Source of the DNA: Candidatus Delongbacteria bacterium
Lineage (GTDB): Bacteria; CAIWAD01
DNA length: 64,000 nucleotides
Direction of reading: 5' to 3'
Assembly (NCBI GenBank): GCA_963663545.1
Contig: OY760505.1
Location: forward strand, 3,584,001 to 3,648,000
Position 1 is the stretch's first letter. Each line of letters opens with the position of its first letter. Of the stretch, positions 30,171 through 41,054 are shown in pieces. The notes beneath the pieces are model-generated. The model saw nothing but the letters and a program-made list of their open reading frames with translations, ran no database searches and was not told the DNA's origin. Made by a program: the position numbers and the translations under genes.

Positions 30171-31716
30171 TTATTTGCTGGCGTTAGCCAGCGGCTTATT
30201 CTTGCTGGCAGGGTTATTGCCCAACGCATCCAAAGCGCAAACCCCGCTACCGCCGGAAGTACACCGAGCGTTGCTTGTCATTCGTAGCCAGGATATTATC
30301 GAACATGCCAAAATACTGAGTTCGCCTGGTTTTGAAGGGCGCAAAGCCGGCACTCCGGCGGGGCGACGTTCTGCTATCCATATTGCCAACGATTTCCGGC
30401 AAATTGGACTATTGCCCGGCGGCAGGGCCGGAAGTTTTTACAGCCCGTTCAAAATTCAGTTGGGCTATAAAATAAAAAGCGAAATGCAAATTACCATCGG
30501 TGATAAAACTCTAGGGGAACTAAAATGGGGCGAAGACTATATTCCCTTGAATTTACCTGGAGGCAAGGCCGATATTGCCGCAGCCTGTCTGCTCATTGGC
30601 TATGGCATCAGCCTGCCCCGGCATGGTTTCGATGAATACGGCCAGGTCGATATCCGGGATAAGGCGGTGATCATTTTTACCAGCGCCCCCTGGCACAATT
30701 TTCGCCAACAATGGCCGGAGGACACCTCGAATTTGGAAAAATCGGCTGCTTTGGCGGCCAAGATAAAAAATGCCGAAAAGCACGGCGCCGCTTGTGTGTT
30801 GCTGGCCGCCAATCCAGCGGGTTGGCGCAAGCAGCTCGGCGTCAAAGAGCAACTCAAGGTGCCGGATTTGAATTTCCCGGTGAACAGCGCGGTGCCAGTA
30901 TTGCAAATAACTCGGGACTTGCTGGCCAGGATGACCATGCTTTCGCTGCCCGAGCTGCGGATGCTCGCCAGTGACATCGCTAGAGATCGCACTCCACAGT
31001 CGCTAGCCTTGCCCGGGCGACGGTTGCGCCTGCGGGCATTGGTATCGGGAAAAGCCTGGATTGGCAGGAATATCATCGGGGTGCTTCCCGGACGTGACGA
31101 AAAATTGCGCAAAGAAGCGGTAATTATCGGGGCGCACTATGACCATCTGGGTGAACTCGACAATGACACGATTTTTTTCGGTGCTAATGACAATGCTGCC
31201 GGCGTAGGCGCGTTGATTGCGGTGGCCGAAGCCTTCGCGGCTCTTCCCATGCGTCCGCGACGCACCGTAATATTTATTGCTTTCGATGCCGAAGAGATCG
31301 GGCGCATCGGTTCGACGAGCTATGTCAAACGCCCGGTAATTCCCGTGGCGCAAACGGTATTGATGATCAATTTCGATATGATCGGTCGCAACGATGCCGA
31401 TCACATATATGCAGTCGGCACCACCTCCAGTCCCGAGCTGCACCAGATCCACCAGCAGGTCAATCAGCATGTAGGGTTGCGGTTGACGCATCCGCAGAGC
31501 TACCGTCTGGGTCTTTCCGACCACAGCGCTTTTTATTATGCCGGGATTCCGATCATGTATTTATTCGGCGGTCTGGAACCCAATTATCATTCGCCGCGAG
31601 ATACCTGGGATAAACTGGTTCCGGCCAAGGTGGAAAAAGTAGCGCGCCTGGCGTTTTTGACTGCCTGGCAGGTAGCCGAACTGCCGCAGCGTCTCACTTT
31701 CAACAAGAAATATTGA
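30157..31716 (+). CDS. M28 peptidase with PA domain
   Basis: FEGRKAG, IGAHYDHLG, GANDNAAG, DAEEIG, NFDMIG, SDH, YH..D. Confidence 0.92.
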   Translation: MKIGSYLLALASGLFLLAGLLPNASKAQTPLPPEVHRALLVIRSQDIIEHAKILSSPGFEGRKAGTPAGRRSAIHIANDFRQIGLLPGGRAGSFYSPFKIQLGYKIKSEMQITIGDKTLGELKWGEDYIPLNLPGGKADIAAACLLIGYGISLPRHGFDEYGQVDIRDKAVIIFTSAPWHNFRQQWPEDTSNLEKSAALAAKIKNAEKHGAACVLLAANPAGWRKQLGVKEQLKVPDLNFPVNSAVPVLQITRDLLARMTMLSLPELRMLASDIARDRTPQSLALPGRRLRLRALVSGKAWIGRNIIGVLPGRDEKLRKEAVIIGAHYDHLGELDNDTIFFGANDNAAGVGALIAVAEAFAALPMRPRRTVIFIAFDAEEIGRIGSTSYVKRPVIPVAQTVLMINFDMIGRNDADHIYAVGTTSSPELHQIHQQVNQHVGLRLTHPQSYRLGLSDHSAFYYAGIPIMYLFGGLEPNYHSPRDTWDKLVPAKVEKVARLAFLTAWQVAELPQRLTFNKKY

Positions 31717-31717
31717 A

Positions 31718-32503
31718 ATGAGTCAGCCAGCGCTCCCGGTGTTGTTATCGATTCCTCATGGTGGCAGGGAACAGCCGCCGGAATTGCACCAGCGCGTCGC
31801 CCTCGACGACTGCGAGTTGTTTGCCGACATTGATTCCTATGTAATCGAGATTTACGATATTGGCGCTGCGGCCCGGCAGGTGATAACTACTGCCATCGCC
31901 CGCACTTATATAGATCTAAACCGTGCTCCCGACGATTTGCCGCCGCACAATCCTGATGGGGTAATCAAAGCTAGCACCTGTTATCGAAAGCCGGTTTATC
32001 ACCAGGGCTATGCTCCTGATGCATATCTTAGCGAGCGGTTGTTGGCCAATTATTACTATCCCTATCATCAGCAACTACAGGAGGCAGTGAAACTGCCGGG
32101 GTTAAAACTGGCCCTGGATTGCCATTCCATGGCCGCGATAGGCCCGCCGATTTCTCCGGATGCTGGCCAGCAGCGACCGGCTTTTTGTCTGGGTAATCGC
32201 CACCATCAGACCTGCCCGCGTCCGCTTCTGGAATCCCTAGCAAATGCCCTGCGCCGATCTTTCGGGCTGGACGATGCCGGGGTAGCGCTGAATACTCCAT
32301 TTAGTGGCGGTTATATCACCCGTCACTATGGCGGCAGACCATTACCGTGGATTCAGGTAGAAATGAGCCGAGCTCTCTACCTGGAGCCTCCCTGGTTCAA
32401 CGCCGCCACCCTGACTGTTGCTCCCGAGCGCCTTCGCGAACTCAGGGAAAAATTTTACCAGGCATTGTGTATTTTTTTCGGGTGCAATCCGTACAATCCA
32501 TAA
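31718..32503 (+). CDS. N-formylglutamate amidohydrolase
   Basis: SIPHGG, RTYIDLNR, YYPYH, DCHSM, FSGGYIT, IQVEM. Confidence 0.92.
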   Translation: MSQPALPVLLSIPHGGREQPPELHQRVALDDCELFADIDSYVIEIYDIGAAARQVITTAIARTYIDLNRAPDDLPPHNPDGVIKASTCYRKPVYHQGYAPDAYLSERLLANYYYPYHQQLQEAVKLPGLKLALDCHSMAAIGPPISPDAGQQRPAFCLGNRHHQTCPRPLLESLANALRRSFGLDDAGVALNTPFSGGYITRHYGGRPLPWIQVEMSRALYLEPPWFNAATLTVAPERLRELREKFYQALCIFFGCNPYNP

Positions 32504-32538
32504 ATTGATTTTTCGGCCTTCAATCCTCTAACCTCTAA

Positions 32539-32692
32539 GGAGCCGACAAGAAATAAATTGGTCAGTTGGTTTAGCAATTTTGTTTCCTGGCAAGGAGCGA
32601 CGAATGCGCATAGCCTTAGTTCTGTAATTGAGGAGCGACGCGGCCAGGGAGCAAAAGGGCAAACTATGGGTAAGTTATTTCTTACCGGCTCC
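32539..32692 (-). mobile_element. MITE family A copy (154 bp)
   Basis: TIRs; TAA on both sides. Confidence 0.92.
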
Positions 32693-32955
32693 TAAACTAT
32701 CACCTCTCTTAGTGTATGGTTCGAATAGCTCACCGCAGAAGCACGGAGCATTCTGTGCTCTTTGTGGCGATTGCATATATTTCAGAAATAGAAATCGTGA
32801 ACATTTCTTGTCATCCGACCTAAAATCGCATTCGACACACAAACGACCGTCGACTATCTATAACAAGACAGCGATGGAGTGACTAGCAATCAGGGTAAAT
32901 ATAAATTTCTTTTTTTTCTATATTAAACCATAATTATTGCGACTAGTGGCAATAA

Positions 32956-33972
32956 TTATTCCTGACAATGAATAAAAATGCCGGTTATGGCCTTTATAGC
33001 GCGGTCAGAGAAGAAATCGTTTGGCGCAAACAAGGAAAATCTTCCATCAGGTTGGTCTTTCCCTCTATCAATTAAAATAAATTCGGCAGAATCATTGCGA
33101 TTAAAAAGTTGACTCATGCTGATGGTGAGGCGATAACCATCCTGGGCCGATATCACAATATATCCACTGGCCAAATCGCTAATGGTCGGACGAAAGTATT
33201 TTTCCAACTCTTTATAAAATAGGTTTCCTTTAAATGGCCCGATGCCATGAAATCCCATTCCTCTGCCCAAAAAAACAGAACGATATTCCCTCTTTTCAAT
33301 CTTACTATCGAGAACGGTAATCTCACCAATGGGTTTTCTATTTTTGTTGATAACGATTTTATCGGAGTAGAGGGGGTTTAAACCGCGATTGACCTTAAAA
33401 GAATAAGGGGCGGAAAAGACCTTGATCACGGTAGGTTCTTCCAGATAACGATTGGAATAAAGATCATTGCCCATAATCAAACGGCTTTTTGATGGAATTG
33501 CCCACTTTTCATTGGAGCGAAAAGGATTGACGGCGGACACGCTGCTGGCGATAATTATTCGGTGTTGGTTGCTGGGATAATAAATTTCTCCCCAGCTTAG
33601 GACTACCTTTTCCCCTTTTTGATTTTTAATTTCAACCAAGAGATCAATAATGGGAGAGAATTCACTTTGGTTTTTTTTCTTTAAATATTTTTCTTGCAAC
33701 AGATCAAATAGTGAATAACCCTTGTATCTATAAGTACCTACGAAAGTCACGCCCTGGTCAGTCAATTTGGCCTCCTTGGTGACAAGGTCGTGTATTTTAA
33801 ATCGGGAAAAATCAACGGTACCCTGGTTTATAATTTCTCCTTTTATTGTCAGAGGCGCGACCTTTAAATGGTGAACCGGTTCATTGTCATAAAAATTGTT
33901 GTTTTCAACGGCAAATAGATTAAAACTGAAAAAAAAGATTAAACTCAATAAAACGATAACAATTTGCTTCAT
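32956..33972 (-). CDS. Hypothetical secreted protein, AT-rich
   Basis: Signal peptide; two similar halves (YKGYSLFDLL / FKGNLFYKEL) loosely like molybdopterin-oxidoreductase domains. Confidence 0.65.
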   Translation of the reverse strand: MKQIVIVLLSLIFFFSFNLFAVENNNFYDNEPVHHLKVAPLTIKGEIINQGTVDFSRFKIHDLVTKEAKLTDQGVTFVGTYRYKGYSLFDLLQEKYLKKKNQSEFSPIIDLLVEIKNQKGEKVVLSWGEIYYPSNQHRIIIASSVSAVNPFRSNEKWAIPSKSRLIMGNDLYSNRYLEEPTVIKVFSAPYSFKVNRGLNPLYSDKIVINKNRKPIGEITVLDSKIEKREYRSVFLGRGMGFHGIGPFKGNLFYKELEKYFRPTISDLASGYIVISAQDGYRLTISMSQLFNRNDSAEFILIDRGKDQPDGRFSLFAPNDFFSDRAIKAITGIFIHCQE

Positions 33973-33995
33973 TTATAACTCCTTCTTTTGGTGTG

Positions 33996-35393
33996 CTACT
34001 TTTCGCCTTTACTGCCGGTGGTAACCACCTGCGACAGGATCCAACTGTTAGCCATTCGCGTCCAAATTAGATCACCGGGCTTGACTTGGCGATGGTGCCG
34101 CACTACACTCTCGCCGCTGTGGACGTAGGTAATGCTGTAACCGCGACGCAGTACTGCCAGGGGCGATAGCGCCTGCAAATGCGATTGATAATTGTTCAGG
34201 CGCCGGAGCTCCCATTCTACCCGTTTCTGCATGGCTCGGAACAATCGATGCCGCAGATGATCCAGGTGTTGCCGGTCACGCTCTACTCGGGTCAATGGGC
34301 GTTGCAATTGTAATAGATTGCTTAACTGGCTCAAGCAGATCCGGCGGCGGTGCAGCTGGCGTTCCAGCGTGGTATGCAGACGTTGCCAATAACCATCGGT
34401 TTTCTGTTGCAGTTGCCGTACCCGGTCCAACGGTCGGAAAAGAGCACGATGCGTCGCCAGGCGGTCGAGATTGGATCTGGCCAGTTGCAAACGGTTGTAG
34501 CTTGCCATTTGCAACTGGCGGCCTTTGGCTTGTAAATCTTGATAGACCTGGTCTAACCTGGGTACCACCAATTCTCCCGCTTCGCTAGGGGTTAGAGCAC
34601 GCCGATCAGCTACCAGATCGGCGATAGTTACGTCGATTTCATGACCTACTGCCGAAATAATCGGAATTCTACTGGCAAAAATCGCCTGTACTACGATTTC
34701 TTCATTGAAAGCCCATAAATCTTCCAGACTGCCGCCACCACGACCAGTGATAATCACATCGACATCAGCCAGATCGGCGTGGTGATTGATAACCGCAATC
34801 GCTTCGGCGATTTCTTGGGCGGCACCATCGCCTTGCACCCTTACCGGGTAAATCAAGACCGTGACCCGCGGAAAGCGACGGCTGATAACATTAAGAATAT
34901 CTTGTACCGCCGCGCCGGTAGGAGAGGTAACCAGACAGATCTTACGCGGCAATAACGGCAACGGCTTTTTATGGCGGCGATCGAATAATCCGGCCGCAGC
35001 TAGCTTTTTTTTGAGGTTTTCAAAAGCGATCAGCAATAGACCGGTTCCTTGCGGTTCGATCGTCTCGATGGTTACCTGATACTTGCTCTGGGGGCCATAA
35101 ATGGTCAAATCCCCGGAAACCAGCACTTCCAGGCCGTCTTTTAACTCGATTTCCTGGTTTTTAGAATTGTAGCGCCAGATTATCGCGTTGATCTGATTGT
35201 CGCTGTCTTTCAAGGTTAGATAGACGTGTCCCGAACTATGGCATTTAAGATTGGAAATTTCTCCGCGTAACCAGACCCTGCCGATATCTTCGACACGCCC
35301 TTTGATGATGCGGGTCAACTCGGTTACGGTATATGACTCGGGAGCCTGTCGTTTGCGGATCTTGGTGCTACGCGAGAGTTCTTCGTTGTTCAT
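33996..35393 (-). CDS. xseA: Exodeoxyribonuclease VII large subunit
   Basis: GEISN..SGHVYLTLKD, TSPTGAA, RGGGSLEDLWAFN, GHEID, LSPLAVLRRGY. Confidence 0.96.
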   Translation of the reverse strand: MNNEELSRSTKIRKRQAPESYTVTELTRIIKGRVEDIGRVWLRGEISNLKCHSSGHVYLTLKDSDNQINAIIWRYNSKNQEIELKDGLEVLVSGDLTIYGPQSKYQVTIETIEPQGTGLLLIAFENLKKKLAAAGLFDRRHKKPLPLLPRKICLVTSPTGAAVQDILNVISRRFPRVTVLIYPVRVQGDGAAQEIAEAIAVINHHADLADVDVIITGRGGGSLEDLWAFNEEIVVQAIFASRIPIISAVGHEIDVTIADLVADRRALTPSEAGELVVPRLDQVYQDLQAKGRQLQMASYNRLQLARSNLDRLATHRALFRPLDRVRQLQQKTDGYWQRLHTTLERQLHRRRICLSQLSNLLQLQRPLTRVERDRQHLDHLRHRLFRAMQKRVEWELRRLNNYQSHLQALSPLAVLRRGYSITYVHSGESVVRHHRQVKPGDLIWTRMANSWILSQVVTTGSKGEK

Positions 35394-35395
35394 AA

Positions 35396-36592
35396 TTATA
35401 TATGCCGTTTGATGTTACCTTCTTTGAGCCATTTGCGCAGTAGTTTTTCCATTTTCAGCAACGCCAGCATATTTCGCGCCCGTTTGCGCAATTCGCTTTT
35501 GTCTAGTTTTCTGCCGTTTTTGCGTTTAGCGACCACCACCAGATGATAGCCCCAGTCGGTTTTGATCGGCTGACTCAATTGCTTCGGCGGCATCAGGTAA
35601 GCCGCAGCTACGATTTCCGGCACCGCTGCGGTGCGATGCGGCACCCATCCCATATGCAGTAAAAACCCGCCGAACAATAGCGACATGGTCCAGCGTGGCA
35701 CCCAACCTAAGTTGCCATTCTCATATCTGGTTCCGTGGTCGTCGGAATAATTGGCGACAATTTCCGAGAAATTGCTCAAATCCGGCTTGATCTGGCTGCG
35801 GATATTTTCGATGCGCTGGCGCACGGCTTTTTGACGAGATTCCGGCAATGGCCGCCGCTCGATTTCGTCGAGCGTCGATAAATAAAGATGGCTGATCTTG
35901 AGCAGCCCGTCACTCAAGGCAAACTTTTCTTTGCTTATAAAATCGCTGACTTCTGATTGGGATATATGCTGCAAGACATATTTGCGCAACCTGGTCAGAA
36001 GCACGATCCGATTCTTGAAAAACTGGTAATCGACATGGTATTTTGCGAAAATTTTTTTTCGTAACTTGACTTTGAGAAAGTTGTGTTCACTGATCTCTTG
36101 AAATATCTTGAGGAGCAATCGGTGCTCTTTAGCCTGCAACACCCGCTGTTGCATCGCTTGCAGCAGTTGTCCGTGTTTTTTTTGCATTTGCTGGCTTTTG
36201 CTGACTAGTTCTTGGATTACCTTGAGAAAGCTGCGCGGATTTTTTAGTCCCCAATTTTGGTAATAAGCGATAAAAGGTTTTTCGTAACGTTCGGCGTCTT
36301 CAATATAGTCTTCTTTGTGGCATTTGATTGACAATTTTTGGGTATGTTGTTCGATTAGTTTAAAAATGATCATCTCTTCCAGAGTAGCGCGAATCACTCC
36401 GAGCCGTAAACATTCAGCAACTTCCTCGCCATAACAACGTTGCAGCAATTCCAACACTTCGCTCTGGGTTATGTTACTGCCGTTTACTTCTGCGGCGATT
36501 TTGCCGTTGGGAAATTGCTGGGCCTGGCTGGTGCTAAGGCCAACCAGACACAAAAACAAACAAAGCCACGATATTTTTGATATTGAAATCAT
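35396..36592 (-). CDS. PpiC/parvulin-type PPIase (SurA/PrsA-like)
   Basis: Signal peptide, AEVNG, YSDD..GNLGW, PIKTDWGYHL. Confidence 0.85.
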   Translation of the reverse strand: MISISKISWLCLFLCLVGLSTSQAQQFPNGKIAAEVNGSNITQSEVLELLQRCYGEEVAECLRLGVIRATLEEMIIFKLIEQHTQKLSIKCHKEDYIEDAERYEKPFIAYYQNWGLKNPRSFLKVIQELVSKSQQMQKKHGQLLQAMQQRVLQAKEHRLLLKIFQEISEHNFLKVKLRKKIFAKYHVDYQFFKNRIVLLTRLRKYVLQHISQSEVSDFISKEKFALSDGLLKISHLYLSTLDEIERRPLPESRQKAVRQRIENIRSQIKPDLSNFSEIVANYSDDHGTRYENGNLGWVPRWTMSLLFGGFLLHMGWVPHRTAAVPEIVAAAYLMPPKQLSQPIKTDWGYHLVVVAKRKNGRKLDKSELRKRARNMLALLKMEKLLRKWLKEGNIKRHI

Positions 36593-36609
36593 CTTTACTA
36601 ATAGCTCCT

Positions 36610-37488
36610 TCAGTTGCTACCGCCCAATGCGGTTTTTACAGTAGCGATCGCTTCTCCGAATTTGACTTCCTGGCCGATAATCAGCTCGTCCAGCTCGATT
36701 CGCCCCGGTTCGAACAGCAAAATTACCGTAGAACCCATCTGAAACCTTCCCAGTTCCGCACCTTTGTCAATCGCTAAACTGGAATATTTTTGGTGAATCA
36801 GCCTCGGTCGTTTATTGGATTCGACATGGTCATAGACTACTTTTATTTTGCCGACGATCATCGCCCCTATTTTTATTACCGCTACCCGACCGATTTCCGG
36901 GTTGGCGATAATGGTCAATAAACGCTCGTTCAGCGTGAATAACGCTGGAATATGCCCCACTGCCAGACGGTTCACCGGATATAGGGTCCCGGGAATATAA
37001 TACAACTCTTCGATAGTACCGCCCACTGGCGTATGAATGCGGTGGTAATGTCTGGGACTGAGATAGAAGGTCAAATAGTGACCATTGGCAAAAATTCGCT
37101 GGTATTCCTCGGCCACGACCAAAGCCTTCAGGGAATAATCGATGCCTTTGGCCTGAATCAGCGTCCCGTGGTCAATGCTGCCCAAACTGGCAATAATGCC
37201 ATCGACCGGAGCCGTCACTCGGGCGGGATTGGCGTCGATCGGGCGACATTCGTGGCGCAAGGGCCGGGTAAAAAATTCATTGAAGCTGGCAAAACGTTGC
37301 GCTGCTACTTCTGTCATCTCGATGTCATAGTGACGGATAAAGCACCGCACCCACCAGTTTACAAGCGTCGCCGGCAATTTTGCCTGGGCGAGATGGCCAA
37401 TAATGCGACTTATGGTATTTTTAGGCAATAGCGGCAACACCTGCAACCAGGCACGCTCGCGTAAGTTATCCATGCTAAGCCACTCCAA
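36610..37488 (-). CDS. psd: Phosphatidylserine decarboxylase
   Basis: FNEFFTR, YLSPRHYHRIH, NER, FQMGSTV. Confidence 0.95.
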   Translation of the reverse strand: MEWLSMDNLRERAWLQVLPLLPKNTISRIIGHLAQAKLPATLVNWWVRCFIRHYDIEMTEVAAQRFASFNEFFTRPLRHECRPIDANPARVTAPVDGIIASLGSIDHGTLIQAKGIDYSLKALVVAEEYQRIFANGHYLTFYLSPRHYHRIHTPVGGTIEELYYIPGTLYPVNRLAVGHIPALFTLNERLLTIIANPEIGRVAVIKIGAMIVGKIKVVYDHVESNKRPRLIHQKYSSLAIDKGAELGRFQMGSTVILLFEPGRIELDELIIGQEVKFGEAIATVKTALGGSN

Positions 37489-37513
37489 CCAAAATTCTGC
37501 GATCTCCTCCTAG

Positions 37514-37642
37514 GGAACCGGAAAGAAATGACTTACCCATTTGGTTTGCCTTTTGCTCCCTGGCGGTGTCGCTCCTCAATTACAAGAACTAAGCTATGCG
37601 CATTCATCGCTCCTTGCCAGGAAACAATTTCTTTCCGGCTCC
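37514..37642 (+). mobile_element. MITE family A copy, degenerate
   Basis: TIR variants and shared core. Confidence 0.85.
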
Positions 37643-38706
37643 TAAGGAGTAGCGATGCGAATTCGTAAATAGGTATTTCCCAACTGCAAATATTGTTCGG
37701 TCAAACCAGGCAATTCTGCAGTTTGCCCACTGCCGATATTTTGGCAATTGTTGTGGGAACAATCACTGTCCAGGTATATCACCACCCCATGGGTGCTCCC
37801 TAAATCCTTACACAATAGCTGCTGGGCAAGATCTTCGGGAAAGTCAATGCGCAGGTGCCAGCGCGAAAGGCAAGGGTCGCCCTCGACCAGCACTGTATGA
37901 TGCGCAGCGTCATCTTTGCTTTCCTGTCCATGGTAGATCGGCGTAATATCTTCGCTCATGTCAGTCAGCGTCTTGTTGGTATCACTGTTTTGACGATTAT
38001 CGTTTTTAGTTTTGCGGCCAATCAGGAGGATTGCCGGAGCGGTCAAAACGATTTTGGCCGCCTTTTCAAATTTGGGAGTCCAGATATGGACAACATAGGA
38101 ACGTTTATCGACCGGAGCTGAATCGGGATAAAGCAACCGCCGGGATAATTTCGGCAAGTTTTTGGCGGTAATGTTGGATGAGAATAGTTCCTGGCGTAGC
38201 TCTTCCAAGTAGCGTATGAAAGTAACAAAACTTTGAAAGCGCGACGCCGGGTCAACGGCCATCCCTTTTTTCAAAAACCGTTGAATCGCCGCCAGTTCTC
38301 GTAACGAGTGACTGGTTAGCAGATCCTGTGCCGAAAAATTCACGCTTGTCGGCCCTGAATTTTTTCCGGTCAACAGTGCCAGAAATAGTTGCGTGACCAG
38401 ATAGGTCATCCGGTTGCAATTTTGACGCCAAAACGGATTGGTCTGGGCTTCCGGCGGCGCCATCATTACTTCTTCTTCGATATAGCGCAAATCTTGCTCA
38501 TCTTCCGCATAAACCGCGATATGTATATCCCCCTCTTGATTGCGGCTGATCGCTGACAAGCTGTGCGGGATTTCGGCATAGGTTATAGAACACTTATCAA
38601 TATAGCGAATTACCGACTCGATGAAATTGATGGCATCCTCCGTGCTTAATCGTTGGTCTTCCTGAAACACTTTGTAGTAACCAGAGGGGGACTCGGAAAG
38701 ACTCAT
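37642..38706 (-). CDS. FHA-domain protein with degenerate kinase-like N-terminus
   Basis: LIGR..D..LSRWH..DLGSTHG (FHA); LLTGK..KGMAVDPASRF; coupled to the TPR gene by TAATG. Confidence 0.75.
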   Translation of the reverse strand: MSLSESPSGYYKVFQEDQRLSTEDAINFIESVIRYIDKCSITYAEIPHSLSAISRNQEGDIHIAVYAEDEQDLRYIEEEVMMAPPEAQTNPFWRQNCNRMTYLVTQLFLALLTGKNSGPTSVNFSAQDLLTSHSLRELAAIQRFLKKGMAVDPASRFQSFVTFIRYLEELRQELFSSNITAKNLPKLSRRLLYPDSAPVDKRSYVVHIWTPKFEKAAKIVLTAPAILLIGRKTKNDNRQNSDTNKTLTDMSEDITPIYHGQESKDDAAHHTVLVEGDPCLSRWHLRIDFPEDLAQQLLCKDLGSTHGVVIYLDSDCSHNNCQNIGSGQTAELPGLTEQYLQLGNTYLRIRIATP

Positions 38707-41054
38707 TACGATTCCTTTCGTAAGGGATTGGGACGGACGGTTCGATAGAAACATGTTTGTTCTAATGCCTCTGCTTTTTTGAAGTCTTCTCGTGCCTGGG
38801 CCAGATTGGGGTTGGCTTTTTCTTGATAACAAATTGCTCTTTTCAAATAGGAAATTCTGTCTTCCGGACAAGCCTGGATCACCTTACATAAATCTTCCAC
38901 CGCACGATCATGGCGACCGCGTTGGATATAGGCCAGACTACGATTGAAATAATGCAGCCAATTACCCGGATCATTGCCTAATGCCTGCTCAAAAGCATAA
39001 TCTGCGGCCGAATAGTCCTTTTGAGCATTCAAAATCAGTCCTTCTAGATCGAAAAGATGGGAATTATTCGGAGATAATTGTTGCGCCTTATGCACGTCTT
39101 CCAGGGCTGCATCCAGATTGGCAAGGGCCAGATTGGATTCGCTTCTTCCTTGAAAGATTGTCAGACTTTTGGCACCGCGGTTGATCGCTGCAGTAAAATC
39201 GTGCAGCGCCGATTCATAATCATGTTGCTGCATATAGATAGCAGCCCGGGCCTCAAATATTTCTGGTTTTAGATAGTGATTCAATATTGCTTCTTCGATG
39301 TCATGCAACGCTTCCTCGTAAGCTCCGTAACGAATCATCGCTTTGGCTCGCGCCCAATAGATCTTGCCTTTTTCCATACTGACATCTCGAGTGATAATTC
39401 TATCGAGCTGGTTCAGAGCTTCGCGATAGGCCCCGACATTGCGATAGTGGTTGGCAAGATGGAAGAAAAGCTGGTTGAGGCAGGTTTGGACTTCAACCGC
39501 CGCATAGCCGAATTCTCGAGCATTTTCAAGTTCTTCACTCGCCAATTCCCAAGCATGTTTTTTTATATAGACAAATCCACGTAAGTAATAAGCCATGCCG
39601 ACATCTTCGCCGTTATTTATACAAGTGGAAAGATATTGCAGCGCCTCGTCGAGCTTCATTGCCTGAATCGCTTCATAAGCCTGCCTGACCATCTCACCGC
39701 CGTCTACGACGATTTCATTGAATAGATTATCCAAATCTTGAGTTTTGAGAACTTCTTTTACTTCCTCCACGACTTTGATTCGGTTTTCTGAAATTGGCAC
39801 CGCTTCCATAATCCCACTGGCGCCTGCGGTTATCATAATTTGCGAGTTAAAATTGGTAATCGAGTCGATATTGTTACCGGGCACAGCTTCCGACGACAAT
39901 GTCGCGGCGATATTATCCTCCTGGTCGTTCATGTCATCGAGTTCTTCGACCATCTCGGCTTCCATCGCTTCCGAAAAGTTTTCCTCATTGGTATTATTCT
40001 GTTCTTCTTCAGCCAGAAGCGCTTCTTCGATTCCGATTCCTCCCTCCAAATCGCCGCCAAAATCATTGAAAGGCTCGATATCTTGATCCGGTGATAATTC
40101 CGGGATCTCTTCTAGTTGGTCAACCTGGTCTTGGAACGTTTCTCCTGCAGCGATCTGGGCTGTTGGTTCTTGCGGGGGAGACGGTATTTTTATTTCTTGT
40201 ATTTCTGGAAGTAAGGGGACAGCGATTTCCTCTTTTTCCGGCATTGCTGCTGCAGGTGTAACCATAGCAGTTGCAGCGGCATCGACGGGAGAATCCTCTG
40301 TATTATTAGTAATATCAACGGTGTCGGCTTGCACTTCTTCGATTTCTTCGACTTCTCCGATTTCCACGTCATTAGTGGCGTCAACTTCTTCGATTTCTTC
40401 TATTTCTTCATTTGCCGAAGCTTCGAATTCATCAGCTACCGGATGCACGTCTTCTGCCAATCGCTGTTCAATCTCCAAAGTGGAGGGTTCCGACACTTCG
40501 GGGAAAGTTTTCGCTTCAGGAGACGCTAATCGTGTTTCGATTTCTTCCAAACCAGGTTTGGATGCCGTTTCTGGCTCTGTTAATTTTGGCGATAGCGGTT
40601 CTGCTTCCCGCCCTAATAACTCACTGCTGTTTGAATCTTCAAATTGGGGTAGATCCACAGCATCGGCCCATGAAACGATCTCGTCCAAGGCCTCGAGGCT
40701 CTCGGTTTTGGAGTCGTCGGTGACAATCAATTCTTCGGCGGTTCTGCCCATATCCTCCGGTAATACTGCCGGAGCGACCATGATATTATCTTGGCGCGGC
40801 GCTTTATCTTTTTCTGCTTGTTCGCCCGGGATAAGAACGATTTCTTTGAGAGAAGGGAGGCTGGGAATATCGAACTCGATTTCCTCGGGTTTTTTATTTT
40901 GTTGTTGCCGTTTGATTTCGGTTAGTTTTTTCTGAATAATTTCTAATGGTGGAATATTCACCGGCTGGTGGCAACGCGGGCACGTGCCTATTTTTCCTGC
41001 AAATTTCAGGGAAACTTTAACGCGCTTTCCACAGGGACAAAGAAGTCGGATAAG
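38706..41054 (-). CDS. TPR protein with acidic linker and N-terminal zinc ribbon; start uncertain
   Basis: TPR repeats in the C-half; frame stays open upstream of 40961 as LIRLLCPCGKRVKV..CPRC. Confidence 0.8.
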   Translation of the reverse strand, partial: LIRLLCPCGKRVKVSLKFAGKIGTCPRCHQPVNIPPLEIIQKKLTEIKRQQQNKKPEEIEFDIPSLPSLKEIVLIPGEQAEKDKAPRQDNIMVAPAVLPEDMGRTAEELIVTDDSKTESLEALDEIVSWADAVDLPQFEDSNSSELLGREAEPLSPKLTEPETASKPGLEEIETRLASPEAKTFPEVSEPSTLEIEQRLAEDVHPVADEFEASANEEIEEIEEVDATNDVEIGEVEEIEEVQADTVDITNNTEDSPVDAAATAMVTPAAAMPEKEEIAVPLLPEIQEIKIPSPPQEPTAQIAAGETFQDQVDQLEEIPELSPDQDIEPFNDFGGDLEGGIGIEEALLAEEEQNNTNEENFSEAMEAEMVEELDDMNDQEDNIAATLSSEAVPGNNIDSITNFNSQIMITAGASGIMEAVPISENRIKVVEEVKEVLKTQDLDNLFNEIVVDGGEMVRQAYEAIQAMKLDEALQYLSTCINNGEDVGMAYYLRGFVYIKKHAWELASEELENAREFGYAAVEVQTCLNQLFFHLANHYRNVGAYREALNQLDRIITRDVSMEKGKIYWARAKAMIRYGAYEEALHDIEEAILNHYLKPEIFEARAAIYMQQHDYESALHDFTAAINRGAKSLTIFQGRSESNLALANLDAALEDVHKAQQLSPNNSHLFDLEGLILNAQKDYSAADYAFEQALGNDPGNWLHYFNRSLAYIQRGRHDRAVEDLCKVIQACPEDRISYLKRAICYQEKANPNLAQAREDFKKAEALEQTCFYRTVRPNPLRKES

